DNA of 64,000 nt, from NCBI GenBank assembly GCA_902385625.1, contig CABMGE010000007.1, positions 1,565 through 65,564 of the forward strand, written 5' to 3'. The position numbers and the translations under genes are program-made. The notes beneath the pieces are model-generated. The model made no database searches. It was not told the origin of the DNA and saw only the letters and a program-made list of their open reading frames with translations. Origin of the DNA: an uncultured archaeon. GTDB lineage: Archaea; Nanobdellota; Nanobdellia; Pacearchaeales; GW2011-AR1. Below, piece by piece: positions 20,192 to 30,380 of the stretch. Each line of letters starts with the position of its first letter. The stretch's first letter is position 1.

Positions 20192-20384
20192 GATATCTAG
20201 TGGATTAATATATTTAAAAATCTATTGTCAACTCAGGTCAGAGGAGCACTTAACTGCCTATTTTTGCATAGTTTAACGTTAATTATCTCGCAGGGGCATT
20301 TAATTTAATGTATATATTTTATACATTGAAATGTATAAAATAGTTATAGACAGTTGTTATTGCTTGAAGTAAATTCAACCAATA

Positions 20385-20466
20385 ACAATTTTTAGCTAAA
20401 TTTACTTTAGATAAAAATTGCTAACTGTTCGAAAGCACTCTAGAGTCATCTGCGAAGCAGATTACC
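20385..20466. repeat. structured intergenic repeat with mini-hairpins, copy 2
   Basis: Near-identical to 7515-7595; upstream of recQ. Confidence 0.8.
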
Positions 20467-20510
20467 TCGTTTTAAATGATGAAAAGTCTTTTAAACATAA
20501 TCTCTGATTA

Positions 20511-22109
20511 ATGAAGATGAATGAGTTACTAAAAAAGTATTTTGGTTATGACGAGTTCAAGCCGATGCAGTTGGACATCATAAAAAATGTACTTTTAAAA
20601 AAAGATGTGATGGTCATAATGCCCACAGGCGGAGGTAAATCAATTTGTTATCAACTACCAGCATTAAAACTAGATGGGCTTACGATAGTCATCTCTCCAT
20701 TAATTTCACTTATGAAAGATCAAGTAGATGGTCTTCAGGCCAACGGAATAGAAGCAGAATTCATAAATTCCTCGCTTCCTTTTGAAGATATCATTGAAAT
20801 TCAAGAAAGGATCCAAAGAAAAGAAATCAAACTATTATATATTGCACCAGAAAGACTTGCTATTGAAAGGTTCAAAATATTTTTAAGCACATTACAAATA
20901 AGCCTTATTGCAGTAGATGAAGCACATTGCATTTCAGAATGGGGGCATGATTTTAGACCTGATTATAGAAATTTAAAATCCTTAAGGATACTTTTTCCAA
21001 ATACACCCATAATGGCGCTTACTGCAACTGCAACAGAAAAAGTAAGATCTGATGTAATAAACCAACTTTCATTAAAAGATCCAAAGATATTCATCTCAAG
21101 TTTTGATCGGAAGAACTTAAAATTAAAAATACTAGAGAAAAAAAAATCTTTTGAAAAAATATTAAAATTATTAAAATCATATAAAGATCAGTCTGCTATC
21201 ATATATTGTTTTTCTAGAAAAGATGCAGAAAAAATTGCAACAGATCTTCGTTACCATGGTCACACAGCACTACCTTACCATGCAGGTTTACCTCCCTTGA
21301 TAAGACAAAGAAATCAGGATATGTTCATCAAGGATAAAGTAGATATCATTGTTGCAACAATAGCATTTGGAATGGGAATTGATAAACCTGATGTAAGACT
21401 TATAATTCATCATACATTTCCAAAAACCCTTGAAGGTTATTATCAGGAGATAGGAAGGGCAGGCCGAGATGGACTTTCAAGTGATTGTGTTTTATTTTAT
21501 ACGCCTGTCGACAAAAAAAAGCATGATTTTTTCATTGATAAACTTCAAGATGTGGATTCTAAAAATAAAGCAAGAAATAAATTACGCGCAGTAATGAATT
21601 ATTGTGAGGATGAAAATTGCAGAAGAAAACACCTTTTAAGATATTTTGGAGAAGATTTTTTACAAGATAACTGCCAGGCATGTGATTTTTGTCTTGGTGA
21701 AATAGGTTTATTAACCGAAAGAAAAGAGCTAGAAGAATCACCTATTAAAAAGATCAATGATATATTTGACAAAGGAATAACACAATATGACGTGGTTTTA
21801 TTTGAAAAACTAAAAGTATTAAGGAAAGAAATAGCTGCTGAAAGAAATGTCCCTCCGTTTGTAATATTTGGAGATGTTTCGCTTAGAGAAATGGCATATT
21901 ATTCACCAAAGACAGAACGTATGTTTTTGAAGATTAAAGGAGTTGGAGAACAAAAACTAAAAGATTTTGGATCCAGATTCTTAGAGGTCATAAAAACTCA
22001 TGATAAAGAAAGACATAAATCCCTGGATACCAATCCCAAGGATAAACCATTAAGTGACACAGAAGAAATTCAAAGACAGATAAGAGAATTAATGAAAAAG
22101 AAGGGATAA
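20511..22109 (+). CDS. recQ: ATP-dependent DNA helicase RecQ
   Basis: MPTGGGKS, DEAHCISEWGHDFRPDY, QEIGRAGRDG, Zn domain CRR...CQACDFC, HRDC domain. Confidence 0.96.
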   Translation: MKMNELLKKYFGYDEFKPMQLDIIKNVLLKKDVMVIMPTGGGKSICYQLPALKLDGLTIVISPLISLMKDQVDGLQANGIEAEFINSSLPFEDIIEIQERIQRKEIKLLYIAPERLAIERFKIFLSTLQISLIAVDEAHCISEWGHDFRPDYRNLKSLRILFPNTPIMALTATATEKVRSDVINQLSLKDPKIFISSFDRKNLKLKILEKKKSFEKILKLLKSYKDQSAIIYCFSRKDAEKIATDLRYHGHTALPYHAGLPPLIRQRNQDMFIKDKVDIIVATIAFGMGIDKPDVRLIIHHTFPKTLEGYYQEIGRAGRDGLSSDCVLFYTPVDKKKHDFFIDKLQDVDSKNKARNKLRAVMNYCEDENCRRKHLLRYFGEDFLQDNCQACDFCLGEIGLLTERKELEESPIKKINDIFDKGITQYDVVLFEKLKVLRKEIAAERNVPPFVIFGDVSLREMAYYSPKTERMFLKIKGVGEQKLKDFGSRFLEVIKTHDKERHKSLDTNPKDKPLSDTEEIQRQIRELMKKKG

Positions 22110-22172
22110 TATCTTAAATCAGATAATTAATTTGAAACTACATTTTATAAATCCCAATATCCTGGCTTAATC

Positions 22173-22832
22173 ATGAAGCTGAAAAAGAGGGTAAGGGATT
22201 TCAAGAAATATTATGAAAATAATTTATGGGTTTCAATAGCAATAGTAATTCTACTTATTTTATCTTTGGGACTAATTGAACATTATGCAGGAAGGCTCTT
22301 AATTTGTAAATGTGGTTATGTTTCGTTATGGTATAACAATGCAAATGGCCCTGGAAATTCGCAGCATTTGTTTGATTGGTACAGTTTCAGCCATATTATT
22401 CATGGAATAATATTTTTTGCAATACTTTCCCTGCTCTTCAAAAAAATGCCACTCAGAACAAAATTAATAATAGCAGTCATAATAGAATGCGCCTGGGAAG
22501 GTCTAGAAAATTCTCCTATAATCATCAATAGATACAGAACAGCAACTTTTTCTTTAGATTACTATGGGGATAGTATCATAAATTCTATCTTTGATGTAAT
22601 TTCAATGATTGTTGGATTTATACTTGCATTTAAGCTCAAAAAATGGCATATAGTTGCAATGGTAATTTTCATGGAATTATTTACATTATATATGATAAGG
22701 GACAATTTAACACTAAATATTATTAATCTTATTTATCCAACTGAATTAATAAAAAATTGGCAATCTGCAGCAGTTCCTTTAAAAGAAGTAATAAAAATAA
22801 CAATTTTTAACAAACTCTTTCTTCCACTTTAG
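22173..22832 (+). CDS. DUF2585-like membrane protein
   Basis: GRLLICKCG, SQHLFDWYSFSHIIHG, ENSP, YYGDSIINS, IRDNLTLN. Confidence 0.85.
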   Translation: MKLKKRVRDFKKYYENNLWVSIAIVILLILSLGLIEHYAGRLLICKCGYVSLWYNNANGPGNSQHLFDWYSFSHIIHGIIFFAILSLLFKKMPLRTKLIIAVIIECAWEGLENSPIIINRYRTATFSLDYYGDSIINSIFDVISMIVGFILAFKLKKWHIVAMVIFMELFTLYMIRDNLTLNIINLIYPTELIKNWQSAAVPLKEVIKITIFNKLFLPL

Positions 22833-23093
22833 TTAAATAAATCATTACTTAGTTGTTGATTATCTCCTAGTACGGATTAAAAGATAATCAATAAAAACTC
22901 ATCCAAAAGAAAAATAAACCTATAAGAAAGATTATTGATCCCCCCATCACGTATTCCCAAATAAGAACCTATAATTGGTTGTATAACATATCTTAAGTTT
23001 GAAGGTTCTGCAAAAAATTCCATCATTAAACTGTTAAGTTTTTTATTTTAATATACTCTAGTTGTATAAAAAATAATACATAATAAGTAATCT

Positions 23094-23609
23094 TTATTCT
23101 TTATTCTTTATCTTTTGCATAAGTCCTAGCATACCTTTTAAAATATCCTCGGGTGTTGGAGGATTTCCAGGTATTTTCATATCAACAGGCAAGACCTTTT
23201 CAACTGAGCCTACAACTGCATAACTATCTTTGAATATTCCTGTACCGCATGCATCATCTCCAAGCGCAATTACAAATTTTGGCGATGGAGCTGCTTCATA
23301 AGTCTTTTTTAATGCTTCAAGCATGTTTAAGGCAACAGGACCTGTAACAAGGATTATATCGGCATGACGCGGAGAAGCAACAAAATTTATTCCAAAGCGT
23401 TCTATATCATAATAAGGTGTTGTGAGATTCACAAGTTCAATTTCAGGAGAATTATCGCTTCCAGTGTCAACAAGTCTTATAGAAATACTTTTTCCAAAGA
23501 TTTTATCCACTTCTTTTTTGAGTTTAAGTCCTAATTCTTCAAACTCTTTATCTTTAAATTTAAAACTTTCTGTTTTTCTCTTAAATAGATTTGATATTGG
23601 AATTGCCAT
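23094..23609 (-). CDS. NuoB/HycG-like small subunit with Fe-S ligands replaced
   Basis: YDIERFGINFVASPRHAD, VTGPV; canonical CxxC, GxC and GCPP read DNSP, GDD and GNPP. Confidence 0.85.
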   Translation of the reverse strand: MAIPISNLFKRKTESFKFKDKEFEELGLKLKKEVDKIFGKSISIRLVDTGSDNSPEIELVNLTTPYYDIERFGINFVASPRHADIILVTGPVALNMLEALKKTYEAAPSPKFVIALGDDACGTGIFKDSYAVVGSVEKVLPVDMKIPGNPPTPEDILKGMLGLMQKIKNKE

Positions 23610-23613
23610 TTTA

Positions 23614-25173
23614 TTATAAATCATTTCCCTCATATGAAAGATTCATGCTTTTGTTTATTAAAGGAAAATCAGGTACAATATTGCCAATAACAGCAGGTTC
23701 AATAGCATACCAATTGCAAAAAGAAGCAGTTCTTATTTTATATCTATCAATTTTTTTATTTTTTATAACTACAAAATGCAAATTTTGTCCTCTGGAAGAC
23801 TCGACAATTGAAAAAGAATATCCGTCAGTTATTTTATAATCAGAAGATATATTTCCGGATGGGATTGAATTTATTACTTCCTTAATTATTCTGGCTGAAT
23901 CTTTTATAGTATCTGCCTTTATTAAAAAACGAGCAAGAACATCTCCTTTGTCCATAACTCTATCTGAAGGTACTATTTTTTCATATAATGCATAGGGATG
24001 CTTTACTCTTACATCGTTATTTATTCCAGAGGCTCTTGCAAGTGGACCGCTAAGATTCATTGGACCAATTAACTCTTTTTTTACAATCCCAGTAGTTTCA
24101 AAACGATCTGATACAAAATAAGAGTTTAGTATGGTATTTACATTTGTTGTAAACTCCTTTGTGAATTTATGAAGATAATCTGATAATTCTTTAAGAACAA
24201 TTGGAGAAACATCACTTGAAACACCGCCAATTTTTAGACTGCCTTTATAAAATCTGGATTTGCTAATAGCTTCATTCCATCTCATTATTTCTTCTCTAAA
24301 TATGAAAAAAGGACTCGAACCAGCTGGATATGCAATATCTACTATCATTCCTGAAAGATCTCCAAGCAAAGAATAGATTCTCTCCATTTCTGCAAATAAA
24401 ACCCTTAGGTGTACTGCTCTTTGCGGCACACGAATCTTGCATATTTTTTCAATTGCATTACAATATGCAAGAGAATTTGCAACACTTTCATCACCGCAAA
24501 TTGATTCTGAAATTAGCAGTCCTTCTTCAGGAGTTTTTCCTTCAGACAATTTTTCAACTCCACGATGTTTCCAAAAATGGCGTATCTCAAGGTTGAAAAT
24601 TGTCTCCCCAATAACACTAAATCTGAAATGACCTGGTGCAATTATTCCTGCATGAACAGGGCCTACGGGTATTTGATAAATTCCTTCTCCTTTTACTTCA
24701 CGAAAAACATATTCTTCTGACTCAGAAATCTTTTTTTTAACTGGTATTTTTGAATTTTTAAATGATTTTAGCAATGGATGGAATTTTTCAGGATAGATTT
24801 CGTGCAAAAATAATCTTCTTGTGTCGCAAGTAGAATCAAAAATTACTCCAAATCCATCTTTTATTTCACGTTCATACAAATAGGCAGTAGGAAATAAAGA
24901 AAATATTGAAATATTTGAGGTTTTAGCATGAGTTTTTACAATTAAAATCTCTTTATATTCTTCATTATCAAAAACATAAAATAAATCAATTCCACGAGAG
25001 TTATCAAAATTGTCAGCAGCAAACATACTGATTAGATTAAATTTTTTATTTTTTAGTGCTTCAACTAACTTGAATACATTTTCTTCAGATATCAAATAAA
25101 TTTCATCTGGATTATTTACAATAGTCTTAATTTTTGTAAATTCTTTTTTTAGTTCGTGAATAAATTTTTCCAT
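23614..25173 (-). CDS. Ehr-type large subunit (NuoC/D fusion, HycE-like) lacking NiFe motifs
   Basis: PVGPVHAGII.PGHFRF, HRGVEK, SICGDE, C-terminal DFPLINKSMNLSYEGNDL. Confidence 0.9.
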   Translation of the reverse strand: MEKFIHELKKEFTKIKTIVNNPDEIYLISEENVFKLVEALKNKKFNLISMFAADNFDNSRGIDLFYVFDNEEYKEILIVKTHAKTSNISIFSLFPTAYLYEREIKDGFGVIFDSTCDTRRLFLHEIYPEKFHPLLKSFKNSKIPVKKKISESEEYVFREVKGEGIYQIPVGPVHAGIIAPGHFRFSVIGETIFNLEIRHFWKHRGVEKLSEGKTPEEGLLISESICGDESVANSLAYCNAIEKICKIRVPQRAVHLRVLFAEMERIYSLLGDLSGMIVDIAYPAGSSPFFIFREEIMRWNEAISKSRFYKGSLKIGGVSSDVSPIVLKELSDYLHKFTKEFTTNVNTILNSYFVSDRFETTGIVKKELIGPMNLSGPLARASGINNDVRVKHPYALYEKIVPSDRVMDKGDVLARFLIKADTIKDSARIIKEVINSIPSGNISSDYKITDGYSFSIVESSRGQNLHFVVIKNKKIDRYKIRTASFCNWYAIEPAVIGNIVPDFPLINKSMNLSYEGNDL

Positions 25174-25174
25174 A

Positions 25175-26620
25175 TTAATTTCCTGTGAGTTTTAAGGTTA
25201 TAATTTTAAGTAGATTTTGTAGTCCCTGGGGGAAATAAACTCCCAAAATAAATAAAATAACAATTAAAATAATTATTGGAATTTTCATGCTTAAATATAT
25301 TCGGTATTTTTCTATTTTTTCTTTTCCCTGGAATGTAGTTAGATTAATAATAAGCCAGATGAATGATCCTGCAGCAACAAAAAGGAAAAAAAGAACTAAA
25401 AGACATAATAACAATGAACTTTGTGCAAGCGAAGTCAAGATATAAAATTTAGGGAAGAAAATTGGAAAAAGAGGTGTTCCGATTATTGCAATACTTCCAA
25501 TAATTAGTCCAAAACAAGCAAGAGGCTGCAATTTTAAAATATCCTTTATATTTCCGGCTTTCATGCTTCCTGACTGCCTGTGAATAATACCTGCTGAAAA
25601 GAATAATAATGCTTTTACAAGTGCATGTGCTAAAATATAATACAAAACCCAGAACATGTTTCCAAGGGCAATTCCAATGAGCATGAATCCCATATTTTCC
25701 ACACTTGAATAAGCGATTAGTTTTTTCAAATTGGTTCTGACAAGCATGCTTAAGCTTGCAACTGCCACAGTTAGAATTCCGAATATCATCAAAATAATTG
25801 ATGCAGCAGGACCCATGCTAGTTGGAGCAATTAGAACATACATTCGGATTATTGCATAGATACCAATATTTAGTACAACTCCTGAGAGTAATGCGCTAAC
25901 ATCTGAAGCTGCTTTTGAGTGCGATGGAGGAAGCCAGGTGTGGAAAGGAACTATGCCTGATTTTGCAGCAAAGCCAATAAACATGAAAATAAATGAAAAA
26001 AATAACAGTTGCGGAGAGATCTGCTGAGATATTGAAAACAATACATCCCAATTCAGGGTTGAAACTCCATTAACACTTTTACTTGCAGCAAAAAGAAAAA
26101 TAAGTCCAATAAATGAAAATAGCATTGCTGTAGAGGTTATAAAAACATATTTCATTGCTGCGACAATATTTTCCTTTGCATTAAGTGTTACAATAAGAGT
26201 TGCTGAAAGTATTGTAGTTATTTCTGCAAATATCCATAATAGAGCCAAATTATTTGAACTAAATACCAGAACCATGCTAAACAATAAAAAATTATAACTT
26301 AGGTAAAACAATTTTATATTTGTCTTATTAAATTCTTTTTCATGTATAAGGGATTTTATATATCCCTCTGCATAAATTGCAGCGAGTAAGAAAATTATTC
26401 CTGCGATTAAAATCTCATAAATACTAAATGCATCAAGCATCAGATAATTGTTTTTTAATACTGAAATAGGTAAATTAAATCTCAAAAGTAAATATGAATA
26501 TATCAGGATAATACTTAATGAATGAAGCACGGTTACATAATTCATTGTCTTACGAGACCTCGAAAATAATACTATTAAGGACACTGCCAAGAGTATAATT
26601 ATTATAATTGCAAGTATCAT
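25175..26620 (-). CDS. hyfF: HyfF-like antiporter subunit
   Basis: KSGIVPFHTWLP, KKLIAYSSVEN; proton-conducting membrane transporter fold. Confidence 0.85.
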   Translation of the reverse strand: MILAIIIIILLAVSLIVLFSRSRKTMNYVTVLHSLSIILIYSYLLLRFNLPISVLKNNYLMLDAFSIYEILIAGIIFLLAAIYAEGYIKSLIHEKEFNKTNIKLFYLSYNFLLFSMVLVFSSNNLALLWIFAEITTILSATLIVTLNAKENIVAAMKYVFITSTAMLFSFIGLIFLFAASKSVNGVSTLNWDVLFSISQQISPQLLFFSFIFMFIGFAAKSGIVPFHTWLPPSHSKAASDVSALLSGVVLNIGIYAIIRMYVLIAPTSMGPAASIILMIFGILTVAVASLSMLVRTNLKKLIAYSSVENMGFMLIGIALGNMFWVLYYILAHALVKALLFFSAGIIHRQSGSMKAGNIKDILKLQPLACFGLIIGSIAIIGTPLFPIFFPKFYILTSLAQSSLLLCLLVLFFLFVAAGSFIWLIINLTTFQGKEKIEKYRIYLSMKIPIIILIVILFILGVYFPQGLQNLLKIITLKLTGN

Positions 26621-27303
26621 TTTTTAGCCCTCCTATTAAACCAATTATGGAAAGGATTTAATTTTTTATGGAATTCTTCCATAGATGAATCCATACCAAA
26701 GCCCAGTATGCAAGTAATTGCAACTAAAACTAGCAGGTCCATAAGAACCATCATTTCAATTAAAAGAGGCATCTCTCCAATAAAAAGGCTTAAGAGCACA
26801 ACTCCATTTTCCATAACTAAATACCCAATTATTTTAACTATTATTTTTCTTCTACTAAAAATAATCATAAATCCAATCATTACAAGAGAAAATCCAATTA
26901 TAACTCCAAAATAATAAAGTGAACTAAGCCCTAAATAATCTTTTATTTTTGAGAAAATAAAAAAACTGAAAATAATTATTAGCAGACTAACAAATATAGA
27001 TGATACTGGTTTTAGATAATGATATTCTATATCTGTAAATATTTTCATATGCCATTTGGTCCATCTCAGTAATATTGGAATAAGGACTGACTTGGAAATT
27101 ATTGTAAGGGCTGCTGCAAATAAGAAGGTATAGTTTCCTTCAGATAAAAAAAACAAGATCGCAATAAACGAAAGTACAAGTGAGTGCAAAGAATAAACAT
27201 TTATTAAAGAGACTAAATTCCTTCGAGAAATAATAATTGTTGTAAGTATTACTAGCAGTACAAGTGATATTTTTAACAATTCATCGATTAAAACAGGATT
27301 CAT
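26617..27303 (-). CDS. hyfE: HyfE-like membrane subunit
   Basis: KSVLIP, GYLVMENG; position in operon. Confidence 0.8.
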   Translation of the reverse strand: MNPVLIDELLKISLVLLVILTTIIISRRNLVSLINVYSLHSLVLSFIAILFFLSEGNYTFLFAAALTIISKSVLIPILLRWTKWHMKIFTDIEYHYLKPVSSIFVSLLIIIFSFFIFSKIKDYLGLSSLYYFGVIIGFSLVMIGFMIIFSRRKIIVKIIGYLVMENGVVLLSLFIGEMPLLIEMMVLMDLLVLVAITCILGFGMDSSMEEFHKKLNPFHNWFNRRAKK

Positions 27304-28232
27304 AGCAACATCTCCATCATAAGTGTAATTAACGAAAGTAAAAAAGCTATTGCAAAAATGATTGGAAGCCTAAATAACCTGGATTTTGCAATAAATGATT
27401 CTATTATTCCAATGCTTATTGCAAGAATTATACTTTTAATTAAAAAGGCAATTAAAGAGGTTCCAATTCCGATAAGAGATAAAGGCAGATTAAATCCTAT
27501 TGGAAAAAATAGATTAATAATTATTGCCATAAGTAATACTTGTTTTACTCCTGAAGATAATTCCATTAGTGCAAGATTTTTTCCTGACTGCTCAAGAATC
27601 ATTGCTTCATGAACCATTGTAAGTTCCAGATGTGTTTCAGGATTATCAATAGGTATTCTTGCAGTCTCAGTTAAAAGAACAATTATAAGCGGAATTAAGA
27701 GTAACCACAAAGAAGCATGAACAAGGCCTACTGATGTAGCCCCAAATATTTCAAAAAAATTGACACTGTTATAAACAAATGCCAGAGTTGCAAAAATTAT
27801 TATTACTATTGGCTCAATTATTGATGAGATACTCATTTCTCTTGAACTTCCCATTCCACCAAAAGTACTTCCTGCATCAAGACCAGCAAGAGCCATAAAA
27901 AACTTGGCAAGAGCTAGAATATAGAGGAAAAGTATTATATTACCAAAGCCAAAATAATTATCAGGTATAAATAGCAGAGGTACAAATAATATTGCAACTA
28001 TACTGCAGATAATATTAATATAAGGAGCTACCCTCATTATAAAAGAGGAGTTAGTTGAATAAATACTCTCTTTTTTGAAGAGTTTTAATAAATTATAATA
28101 TGCCTGAAATAATTTCGGGCCTTTTCTTCCTTGAAATAATGCCTTGACTTTTTTTATGAGTGATATATAAAAAGGAGCCAGGATAAGAACCACTAGTATA
28201 TTGACTATTGCAAATAAAAAAAAGCTAATCAT
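27300..28232 (-). CDS. hyfC: HyfC/HycD (NuoH-like) membrane subunit
   Basis: QGRKGP, GSTFGGMGSSRE, ETARIPIDNPETHLELTMVHEAM. Confidence 0.9.
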   Translation of the reverse strand: MISFFLFAIVNILVVLILAPFYISLIKKVKALFQGRKGPKLFQAYYNLLKLFKKESIYSTNSSFIMRVAPYINIICSIVAILFVPLLFIPDNYFGFGNIILFLYILALAKFFMALAGLDAGSTFGGMGSSREMSISSIIEPIVIIIFATLAFVYNSVNFFEIFGATSVGLVHASLWLLLIPLIIVLLTETARIPIDNPETHLELTMVHEAMILEQSGKNLALMELSSGVKQVLLMAIIINLFFPIGFNLPLSLIGIGTSLIAFLIKSIILAISIGIIESFIAKSRLFRLPIIFAIAFLLSLITLMMEMLL

Positions 28233-30175
28233 CTTATAACCACCCCTACAATTATGAGTAATGCCAAAATAGTCAAGAAAATATATAAAATAAATGAATC
28301 TAAATCAATTTTATTCTGTATTTTGTATAGTTTTTCTGAAATATAGTGAACCATTTTTAGTGGTGGAAGATATAAGTATTCCTCGAAAAATTTAATTAAA
28401 CTTAAACTTGCTTGACCCTCTTTAAATATAACTCCTTTTGAATCATAAAATGTAGGCTTATTTATTTTTTTTGGTTGATAAATACTTGAAAAAATTGTAA
28501 CAATAGGTTCAGAAAATCCAGATGCAGTATATTCCATTTTGCTATTCTGCGAATTTATACCACAACCCCATGTTTCACTTACACGTGAATGTTTATTCCC
28601 AATGTTTCTTATAATTAGGTAAGCAATAACCCCAATTATAAATGTTCCAATTGAAATCCATAATAAATTAGGCAGATCAAAAGAAACTCCTGCTTTCTCT
28701 CCAATAAAATTTAAGATCTGGAATGAAAATACACCAATAACCATGCAAAGTATTGCAAGTATAGCCGGACCAACTAACATAAATTTGTCTGCTTCTTTTG
28801 CTTCTTTTGCTTCTTTTGAACGTGGAACAGCTAAAAAAACAATTCCAAATGCTTTTACAAAACATGCTGCCGCAAGAGCACTTGTAAGTGCGAATAATGA
28901 CATAGAAATCATTAAAATTAGTTTAATTAATGGCGAAGATATAGAATTTGATTTGAAAAATACCTGGAATATCATTAGTTCACTTACAAATCCATTGAAA
29001 GGTGGAAGTGCGCTAATTGAAATTGCTCCAATTAAAAATAATAAAGAGGTATATTTCATATTTTTTACAAGTCCACCCATTTTTTCTATATTTTTTGTAT
29101 GAGTAGCATTGACAACAGAACCAGCAGTCATGAAAAGCAAGCTTTTGAATAAAGAATGATTAAATGCATGAAAGAGTCCAGCAAAAAGTGCTACCAGGGC
29201 AATAGCTGGAAGAGAATAATAAGTAAATATCATGTACAAACCAATGCTTATTAGAATTATTCCAATATTTTCTATGCTACTATATGCAAGTAATCGTTTA
29301 AGATCTTGTTCTTTTAAAGCATAGATTATTCCAAGTAATGCAGAAATAGTTCCAAAAATTAGAATTGCAATTCCCCACCATAATTGCTGCTGTGAAATAA
29401 TGAAAAGAAATCTTATAAGGCCATAAATTGCGACTTTTATCATGACTCCTGACATTAATGCTGAAATTGAGGAAGGACTTGCAGGATGAGCATATGAAAG
29501 CCATTTATGAAAAGGAACCATTCCAGCTTTAGTTCCAAATCCAATAGCTAGAGTAATAAACAAAATTGAGGAAAGAAAAGGAGAAAGGGAAGTATTTGTA
29601 AAATCAAGAGTGCCTGTGTTGATATAGATTAAAATAAATGAGAAAATAAGGAAAATAGTACCTAATTGAGTCATCACAAAATAAAATATTCCTGCTTTTT
29701 TTGTTTCTTCTTTTTCATAATCAAAAAGCACGAGTAAAAATGAAGAAATAGACATAAGTTCCCAGAAGAATAAAAATCCAAGAAGATTATGTGAAATTAC
29801 AACAAACATCATAGATAATATAAAAAGAGCCATAAGAGAGACTAAAAAATTCCTTTTTTTCACACTTTCAAAATGTTCCGCATATGAAATAGAGTATATA
29901 GAAACGCAAAATCCAACTATGCTTATGATTATTATAAAAAAAGCAGCCAGAGAATCAATAAGCATTGAAAAAGCTGTTCCAGATACAAAAATTTGAAAAC
30001 TAATGTCTTTTCCTAAAAGGACTTGTAAAGAGAGAAATATTGAGATAAGGCAGGCAAGCATGATGAGTATAAGAGAGATCTTTCTCAGAGAAGAATGTTT
30101 CAGTTTGAGTCCAATTAAGGGAATAACAATTGAAAGTAATAATATCAAGAACACAGCTGTAATTAATAATACCAT
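28229..30175 (-). CDS. hyfB: HyfB-like antiporter subunit
   Basis: FWELMS, KAGMVPFHKWL..AHPASPS, KRLLAYSSIENIG, LPPFNGFVSE, TWGCG. Confidence 0.9.
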   Translation of the reverse strand: MVLLITAVFLILLLSIVIPLIGLKLKHSSLRKISLILIMLACLISIFLSLQVLLGKDISFQIFVSGTAFSMLIDSLAAFFIIIISIVGFCVSIYSISYAEHFESVKKRNFLVSLMALFILSMMFVVISHNLLGFLFFWELMSISSFLLVLFDYEKEETKKAGIFYFVMTQLGTIFLIFSFILIYINTGTLDFTNTSLSPFLSSILFITLAIGFGTKAGMVPFHKWLSYAHPASPSSISALMSGVMIKVAIYGLIRFLFIISQQQLWWGIAILIFGTISALLGIIYALKEQDLKRLLAYSSIENIGIILISIGLYMIFTYYSLPAIALVALFAGLFHAFNHSLFKSLLFMTAGSVVNATHTKNIEKMGGLVKNMKYTSLLFLIGAISISALPPFNGFVSELMIFQVFFKSNSISSPLIKLILMISMSLFALTSALAAACFVKAFGIVFLAVPRSKEAKEAKEADKFMLVGPAILAILCMVIGVFSFQILNFIGEKAGVSFDLPNLLWISIGTFIIGVIAYLIIRNIGNKHSRVSETWGCGINSQNSKMEYTASGFSEPIVTIFSSIYQPKKINKPTFYDSKGVIFKEGQASLSLIKFFEEYLYLPPLKMVHYISEKLYKIQNKIDLDSFILYIFLTILALLIIVGVVIR

Positions 30176-30380
30176 CTTTAATTTACAGAAAAATTAGATT
30201 CTCCGCCTCACATAAATAAAATCATAAAGTTTCATAAGTTGTCAGAATCGATTTTATTTAAAAAGCTTTTGGTAAATTTTTAGAAAACTTTAAAAATAGA
30301 CTTCAAAATTTAGATAAAATTCCATTCTTAGTTTGTAAGAATTGACTTGAAGTTAAAATATCTCTGAAAGTGTGAATTTA

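Noticed and set aside
17295-20301. Intact provirus or integrative element at tRNA-Arg
   Set aside because: No integrase, replication or capsid genes lie between the repeats.
23614-25173. Functional [NiFe] group 4 hydrogenase or formate hydrogenlyase
   Set aside because: Both CxxC nickel-binding motifs are incomplete or absent and no maturation genes are present in the window.
23422-30197. Numerous short ORFs overlapping the Ehr operon
   Set aside because: Antisense or alternate-frame shadows of well-supported membrane protein genes.
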